Assembly (NCBI GenBank): GCA_035948375.1 | Contig: DASZJH010000092.1 | Location: 4,557 to 68,556, forward strand | From: Chthoniobacterales bacterium | Lineage (GTDB): Bacteria; Verrucomicrobiota; Verrucomicrobiia; Chthoniobacterales; UBA10450 | DNA length: 64,000 bases | Direction: 5' to 3' | Translations under genes and position numbers: made by a program | The notes under the pieces: model-generated | What the model saw: only the letters and a program-made list of their open reading frames with translations | Databases searched by the model: none | Told to the model about the DNA's origin: nothing | Shown: positions 59,213 to 64,000 of the stretch, piece after piece | How the letters are laid out: every line of letters starts with the position of its first letter | Position numbering within the stretch: position 1 is the first letter of the stretch

Positions 59213-59263
59213 CGGAGCGTTCTAGTTTAGGTCGGCGGCGCAGGTTGGCAATGCAGCGCTTGC

Positions 59264-59358
59264 CGGATAACCGGTGCGGCCGCTTTTAGTTTGGAGCGAG
59301 CGGGATCAGGAGATTGCAATCCGCCCGCTGATGACGACCGCACCGGCGGACTTATCCG
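59264..59358. repeat. Long imperfect stem-loop with an internal hairpin in the largest intergenic region
   Basis: CGGATAA (59264-59270) pairs with TTATCCG (59352-59358). CCGGTGCGG (59271-59279) pairs with CCGCACCGG (59338-59346). AGCGGG (59299-59304) pairs with CCCGCT (59324-59329). Confidence 0.6.
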
Positions 59359-59477
59359 CATGTGAAGTGACCGATTCGACCAAACTCCCAATTGCCGAAA
59401 ACGTTCTCACATCGACTAATACGAGATTGGAACGGTGAAGTTCGGGAAAATCTAGTATGCGAAAAATTCCGGCGGCG

Positions 59478-59505
59478 TTGACCTCCCGCGCGCTCCCGCT
59501 AGCAT
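59478..59505 (+). promoter_or_regulatory. Candidate sigma-70-type promoter of apt (possibly leaderless)
   Basis: TTGACC (59478-59483), a 16-nt spacer, then TAGCAT (59500-59505). The apt GTG follows 7 nt later at 59513 and no SD is visible. Confidence 0.3.
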
Positions 59506-59512
59506 CGTCTTC

Positions 59513-60043
59513 GTGAACTCCGATGCCCTCGACAAACTCCGCGCTGGTGTGCGCGACGTGCCGGATTTTCCAAAGAAGGGTATCATCTTTAAAGACATCA
59601 CGCCGATCTTGAAAGATGGCGCGTTGTTTCGCTCATCCGTCGATCTTTTTCTTGAGCAATGCGCCGGCAAGAAGATCGACAAAATCGTTGGAATCGACGC
59701 CCGCGGCTTTCTATTTGGCTCCGCTGTCGCCTACGAGCTCGGCATCGGCTTTGTTCCGCTTCGCAAGAAAGGGCGGCTCCCCTACAAAACCGAAAGTGCG
59801 AAATACTCGCTCGAGTACGGCGAAGCCGAGATGGAATTGCACGTCGACGCGGTCGTTCGCGGCGAGCGAATCATTTTAATCGACGATTTGCTCGCGACCG
59901 GCGGAACCTCAGCGTCGGCGGCAACGCTGATCGAAAAAGTCGGCGGCGAGCTGGTCGCCGCGATTTTCTTGATCGAGCTGGAGTTCTTGAACGGCCGGGA
60001 AAAGCTCAAACCAATCCCGATCGTCTCATTTCTTAAGTACTAG
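59513..60043 (+). CDS. apt: Adenine phosphoribosyltransferase
   Basis: 176-aa ORF with a GTG start. Motifs: VPDFPKKGIIFKDITPIL and the PRPP-binding ILIDDLLATGGT. Confidence 0.95.
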   Translation: MNSDALDKLRAGVRDVPDFPKKGIIFKDITPILKDGALFRSSVDLFLEQCAGKKIDKIVGIDARGFLFGSAVAYELGIGFVPLRKKGRLPYKTESAKYSLEYGEAEMELHVDAVVRGERIILIDDLLATGGTSASAATLIEKVGGELVAAIFLIELEFLNGREKLKPIPIVSFLKY

Positions 60044-60390
60044 GCGGCTTCTTTCACGACCACCTGCACATCGATCTCCTGATGCGCGAGCTGTTGGCGA
60101 ATCTGGCCGAGTAGTTCGATCGCCCGCGCCAGCGGCATGTGCGCGCACCGCACTTCGATTCGCGCGCGTTTTTGCGCAAGCTTTGGATCCGACTCCGCAA
60201 ACTCGCCATCGAGCAAGAACGAAATGTAGGCATTGAACCGCTCCTGTAGGTGGAACAACTGCTCGTCGGAATCATTCCACGGTTCAGGCTCGTTCATCAC
60301 CAGCACCGCCTCGTCAGTTTTTAGGTCGTGCGCGATCACATCGATCACGCCGACGCGGCTCTCATGATGTTCACGCTGCGGAGCGTCCAT
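60040..60390 (-). CDS. Hypothetical acidic protein (116 aa)
   Basis: ATG at 60390 gives MDAPQREHHESRVGVIDVIAHDLKTDEAVLVMNEPEPWNDSDEQLFHLQERFNAYISFLLDGEF. The longer track ORF (to 60798) runs antisense through queF and is rejected. Confidence 0.55.
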   Translation of the reverse strand: MDAPQREHHESRVGVIDVIAHDLKTDEAVLVMNEPEPWNDSDEQLFHLQERFNAYISFLLDGEFAESDPKLAQKRARIEVRCAHMPLARAIELLGQIRQQLAHQEIDVQVVVKEAA

Positions 60391-60402
60391 AGGATTTGAA
60401 GG

Positions 60403-60435
60403 TTGAACGTTGGCTTGTGCACGTTGAACGTTCAA
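60403..60435. repeat. Two TTGAACGTT copies 21 bp apart; the second lies in the 12-bp palindrome TTGAACGTTCAA
   Basis: The copies are at 60403-60411 and 60424-60432, and the perfect palindrome is at 60424-60435. They lie in the 48-bp divergent spacer before queF. Confidence 0.6.
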
Positions 60436-60438
60436 GCA

Positions 60439-60885
60439 ATGAAGCGGACGAAACCGGCGGGCGGATCCCTCACGTTGCTCGGCCGGAGCGAAACAAAATT
60501 GCCAGCGGCACCGTCCGAAGCGCGATTGGAAACATTTCCGAATCCGACGCGACGTAATTACCACATTCATTTCGAGACAGATGATTTTACCTGTCTTTGT
60601 CCGGTCACCGGCCAGCCCGATTTCGCCAGGATCGACATCGACTACGTGCCGGACCGTCTTTGCGTCGAAAGCAAATCGCTGAAGTTTTATCTCGCGTCCT
60701 ATCGAAACGAGCGCGCTTTTAACGAAGCGGTTACCAATCGGATTCTCGACGATTTCGTGAAAGCATGCGCGCCCCGCGAAACTGTCGTGACCGCGCAATT
60801 CTCCGCGCGCGGCGGCATCGCGCTCACCGTGCGGGCTGAGTATCCCGACGTCGCCGAGAAAAGAATTGGCCGTGATGGCCGATGA
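60439..60885 (+). CDS. queF: NADPH-dependent 7-cyano-7-deazaguanine reductase (type I QueF)
   Basis: Contains the QueF motif and catalytic Cys (FTCLCPVTGQPDFARIDIDYVP...ESKSLKFYL). The ATG at 60439 is preferred; TTG at 60403 is possible. Confidence 0.92.
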   Translation: MKRTKPAGGSLTLLGRSETKLPAAPSEARLETFPNPTRRNYHIHFETDDFTCLCPVTGQPDFARIDIDYVPDRLCVESKSLKFYLASYRNERAFNEAVTNRILDDFVKACAPRETVVTAQFSARGGIALTVRAEYPDVAEKRIGRDGR

Positions 60886-61565
60886 AGCACGCGATTGTTC
60901 TCCTCAGCGGCGGCCTTGATTCGGCCACCACACTCGCGATTGCCCGCTCGCAAGATTACGAAACCTACGCGCTCTCGTTCGATTACGGACAGCGTCACAA
61001 ACGCGAGCTCGACGCCGCGAAGAAAATTGCGAGATCGTTGGGCGCGAAAAAACATCTCGTCGTTGAGATCGACAATCAGATCTTTGCCGGCTCTGCCTTG
61101 ACCGGCGATGTCGATGTTCCGAAATCGCGGTCGGACAAAGAAATCGAAACCGGCATTCCGGTGACCTACGTTCCCGCCAGAAACACGATCTTTCTGGCGC
61201 ACGCGCTGGCCTGGGCGGAAACGATTCCGGCCGGCCACATTTTCATCGGCGCCAATGCGATCGATTACAGCGGTTATCCCGATTGCCGGCCGGAATTCAT
61301 CGCGCTCTTCGAAACATTGGCGAACATCGCGACCAAAGGGGGCGTTGAAGGCGCGCGGCTCCAGATCCACGCGCCGCTGATCAAAATGTCGAAAGCAGAC
61401 ATTGTTCGAAAGGCTGTCGAGCTCGATGTCGATCTTTCGCTCACTCACAGTTGCTACGATCCGTCGCCGAACGGGCGGGCGTGTGGGCAATGCGATTCTT
61501 GCCAGCTGCGCCAAAGAGGTTTTCGCGAAGCCGGAATCAAAGATCCGATTCGCTACGCGGCCTGA
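60882..61565 (+). CDS. queC: 7-cyano-7-deazaguanine synthase
   Basis: 227-aa ORF with PP-loop LLSGGLDS and C-terminal zinc cysteines (C...CGQCDSC). It has an ATGA overlap with queF. Confidence 0.95.
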   Translation: MKHAIVLLSGGLDSATTLAIARSQDYETYALSFDYGQRHKRELDAAKKIARSLGAKKHLVVEIDNQIFAGSALTGDVDVPKSRSDKEIETGIPVTYVPARNTIFLAHALAWAETIPAGHIFIGANAIDYSGYPDCRPEFIALFETLANIATKGGVEGARLQIHAPLIKMSKADIVRKAVELDVDLSLTHSCYDPSPNGRACGQCDSCQLRQRGFREAGIKDPIRYAA

Positions 61566-61753
61566 TGCGCAACATTTTCGAGCTGACCAAGCGCGAACAA
61601 CGCATCGTCATTGTGATCGTTGCGGCCTTGGTCTTGTTCGCATTGGCAAAACACTTGTGGCAAACCAAGCCGCAACCGGTTCCGGCCGCAACGACATCGA
61701 CAACATCACAGACTCCGCCGCCCCAAAAAGAAGAGACTGAGTCGGATGATTAG
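61565..61753 (+). CDS. Small single-pass membrane protein
   Basis: The ATG overlaps the queC stop (TGATG). The product MRNIFELTKREQRIVIVIVAALVLFALAKHLW has one TM helix, then a P/T/Q-rich acidic tail. Confidence 0.5.
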   Translation: MRNIFELTKREQRIVIVIVAALVLFALAKHLWQTKPQPVPAATTSTTSQTPPPQKEETESDD

Positions 61754-62937
61754 GGATGACTTTGTTTCGAGGACAAATCTGGAATGCGTCCGTAACCTAC
61801 AAACACCGCCGTGGTTTCTTTACCCGGTTTCGATGATGCCCGACCGACTTTGAAATCGAACACGCTCACTCCGGATTTTGTTTGTCCTTTGAATGTGCCG
61901 CGCTCGCTCGCGCCCATCATCAACCGCGCGTTCGTCGTTTTATCGCGACCGATGTAAATCATTGTTTGCACTATCTCCGGATCGCGACTGACTCCAAAGT
62001 TGCTCGCCCAAAAGAGAAGATCGCCCGGCTGTAATTCGTCCAATTCGAAAGTGTCGTCGCGCTGAGCCAGAACAGCTTTGAAGTTTCCCGATTTGCGAAC
62101 CCAAGCGTATTGCTCGCGCGCATCGCGCGGCGCATCCGTTATTCCGGATTGAGTCAGCACATAATGAATGAAGCCTGAACAATCCATCCCGCCCTTCGCA
62201 GGATCCGTCGATGCATATTTATAAGTGAGATGGCGCGCGCCTAGGTAAAGTCCAAAATCGACAATCTTCCGAATTTGCGCTGGATAACTCGGAGACTCGG
62301 CGATCTGGTCCGTTGCGATAACCGGTTTGAGTTCTTCCATCTTCTTTGCGACCGGCGTGGCGGTCGATTTCGGCGTCGCGGACGGTGTTGGAGTTTTGGA
62401 CGACAATGGCGAAGCTGTAACCATCGGCGGCAAACTCGGCACCGGTCTCGTCGTCTCTTCCGGCGTTACAGTGATTTCGGGAATCGCCGTTCCACTCGGC
62501 ACCGGCGGCGTTGGCGTTTCTCTGATTGCTTTGGAACCACCGCGCGATCGGGAGCGCGGACCCGGACTGATTGCACGCACCGGCTCGAAGTAATGAGGTT
62601 GAACGTCTTCGCGTCGAGTTGGCGCCTGAGTCGGAGCAGTCGCCGCAGCGGCTGCTGACGACGCTTCCCTCGGCGATGGCGCAACCGACGCGACCGGAGT
62701 TTCAGTTGGCGAAGTCGACGGCGTTTCGCTCGGCGATTTAGTCGACTTTGGCGAACTCGTCGGCGCCGCAGTCGGTTTCTTTTTCTTGCGAGGCTTCGGA
62801 GTAGGCGTCGGATGAGAAAAGAGGCCCTTTAACCTATCGTAAAGACTTTCATCTTGTTCCTGCGTTGCACGCGTGACCGAGACGCCCATCGCGACCGCGA
62901 TCGCAACTACTAAAAGGAAACGCAGGTTTCTCCTCAC
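61750..62937 (-). CDS. NlpC/P60 (C40) cell-wall peptidase with a long P/T/S-rich N-terminal region
   Basis: 395-aa ORF with a signal anchor and ~200 aa of P/T/S/A low complexity. The C40 domain has catalytic Cys in GGMDCSGFIHYV and a later MIYIG region. Confidence 0.88.
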   Translation of the reverse strand: MRRNLRFLLVVAIAVAMGVSVTRATQEQDESLYDRLKGLFSHPTPTPKPRKKKKPTAAPTSSPKSTKSPSETPSTSPTETPVASVAPSPREASSAAAAATAPTQAPTRREDVQPHYFEPVRAISPGPRSRSRGGSKAIRETPTPPVPSGTAIPEITVTPEETTRPVPSLPPMVTASPLSSKTPTPSATPKSTATPVAKKMEELKPVIATDQIAESPSYPAQIRKIVDFGLYLGARHLTYKYASTDPAKGGMDCSGFIHYVLTQSGITDAPRDAREQYAWVRKSGNFKAVLAQRDDTFELDELQPGDLLFWASNFGVSRDPEIVQTMIYIGRDKTTNARLMMGASERGTFKGQTKSGVSVFDFKVGRASSKPGKETTAVFVGYGRIPDLSSKQSHP

Positions 62938-62951
62938 CCGAACATCATACT

Positions 62952-64000
62952 TCAGCTGGCAAGCTCCTGCAGGACAGCCTGGTTCATTCGAATACCGGCT
63001 TCGAAATTTTCCAGCGGGAAATTCTCATTCGGCGAATGTGCGCGGCAATTCGCCAGCGCCAATCCCAGCAACAATGTCTCCACTCCGAGAATTTTACGGA
63101 AATCGGAGACGATCGGAATGCTGCCGCCTTCGCGAATCAGCGCGGCGTCTTTGTTGAAAGTTTTCTTCAACGCGCGCTGAGCCGCCTTTCCGAATTGGTT
63201 ATTCGGATCTGTCAGATACCACGGGCCGGAATGGCCGCTGACCATTTCCACGGTCACTCCCGATGGCAGATTCTTTTGAAAATGTTTCTTCACAAGATCG
63301 CCAATCCTGTCGCCGTTCTGATTTGGAACTAATCGAAACGTCAGCTTCGCCATAGCGTGACTTGGCAGAACGGTTTTCGTTCCGGGGCCCTGGTAGCCGC
63401 TGCCCATCCCGTTGATTTCCGCAGTCGGCCGCCCCCAAATCCGCTCCAGCGTGCTGAATCCAGCTTCACCAAAAAGCGCGGGCGAGCCGGATTCACCCAA
63501 TATTTCGGCGTCGCCATCAAGCGGTAACTTCTTCCAGGCTTCACGTTCCCAATCCTGTAACGGCACGACGTCGTCATAAAAGCCATCGACTGCGATGTGG
63601 CCATTTTTATCGTGAAGCGTCGCCAGCATTTTGGCCAACGTGGTCGCCGGATTGGCGACGGCGCCGCCGAAAATTCCAGAATGCAGATCGATTTTCGGTC
63701 CGGTGACTTTGATTTCCAACGCCGCGACTCCGCGAAGTCCATAGCTCATCGTCGGCGTCTTTGGCGCAACCATTCCGGTGTCGGACACGAGCACGACGTC
63801 GCATTTCAACGCATCGCGATTGTCGGTGAGGAATTTTCCGAGATTCTGGCTGCCGACTTCTTCTTCGCCCTCGACCACAAGATCGAGATTCACCGGCAGA
63901 TCTCCGCTTTTCTGCAGCGTTTCCTGAATTCCGATGACGTGCGAAAAGATCTGGCCCTTGTTGTCGGTCGCGCCGCGGGCGAAAACGTAGCCATCTTTCA
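62952..64000 (-). CDS. M20-family metallopeptidase (dipeptidase/deacylase-like); 5' end lies beyond the window
   Basis: Hand translation upstream of the track ORF stays open to 64000 and reads ...KDGYVFARGATDNKGQIFSHV...VNLDLVVEGEEEVGS. These are the M20 metal-ligand motifs. Confidence 0.88.
   Translation of the reverse strand, partial: KDGYVFARGATDNKGQIFSHVIGIQETLQKSGDLPVNLDLVVEGEEEVGSQNLGKFLTDNRDALKCDVVLVSDTGMVAPKTPTMSYGLRGVAALEIKVTGPKIDLHSGIFGGAVANPATTLAKMLATLHDKNGHIAVDGFYDDVVPLQDWEREAWKKLPLDGDAEILGESGSPALFGEAGFSTLERIWGRPTAEINGMGSGYQGPGTKTVLPSHAMAKLTFRLVPNQNGDRIGDLVKKHFQKNLPSGVTVEMVSGHSGPWYLTDPNNQFGKAAQRALKKTFNKDAALIREGGSIPIVSDFRKILGVETLLLGLALANCRAHSPNENFPLENFEAGIRMNQAVLQELAS

Noticed and set aside
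60391-60798. Long form (252 aa) of the 60040 ORF extending through queF
   Set aside because: The extension is antisense to the conserved QueF catalytic region and is R/G-rich. The internal ATG at 60390 gives a compact acidic protein and leaves a divergent spacer.
60699-61514. 271-aa minus-strand ORF
   Set aside because: It is antisense to queC, which has a clear PP-loop and zinc cysteines. The ORF is R-rich and motif-free.
1-64000. Searched for mobile elements, CRISPR arrays and rRNA or tRNA genes
   Set aside because: No transposase, integrase or recombinase-like ORF was seen. There are no regularly spaced direct repeats. Every intergenic gap is 300 bp or shorter, and none folds into a cloverleaf by eye. 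This manual scan is not exhaustive; tRNAscan-SE and Infernal should confirm it.

Overview
Core-chromosome window from a moderately GC-rich bacterium. Gene order and protein features suggest the PVC superphylum, probably Verrucomicrobiota (inference only). It holds about 80 tightly packed genes, many joined by 4-nt ATGA/GTGA overlaps. In coordinate order: cinA (partial); clpX, clpP and tig; a translationally coupled histidine-utilisation operon (transcribed hutH, hutU, fused ftcD, hutI, then an exported SnoaL-like lipoprotein); envelope genes; asd; a W/Y-rich secreted protein; htrA, recG and recJ; futalosine-pathway mqn genes; an orphan ECF sigma factor and an orphan secretin; trpF; a patch of small accessory-like genes; one ~17.8-kb str-S10-spc-alpha ribosomal super-operon (rpsL to rpsD, 46389 down to 28568, minus strand); tgt-yajC-secDF-rpsU; an atypical GrpE-like / Hsp70 / J-like-FGE module appended to a hemX-like-hemA-hemC-cobA/hemD operon; apt; queF-queC; an NlpC/P60 peptidase; and a partial M20 peptidase. 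I saw no rRNA, tRNA, CRISPR array, transposase or integrase by eye. Two items deserve the first look. (1) A private, divergent Hsp70 triad at 50854-54844: a lid-less Hsp70, a GrpE-like exchange factor, and a J-like protein that lacks HPD and ends in an FGE-sulfatase domain lacking the catalytic cysteines. (2) A 260-aa signal-peptide/coiled-coil ORF at 39371-40153, wedged with zero-nt spacers between rpsS and rplV inside the S10 operon. All family calls come from motif recognition by eye; no database search was run.
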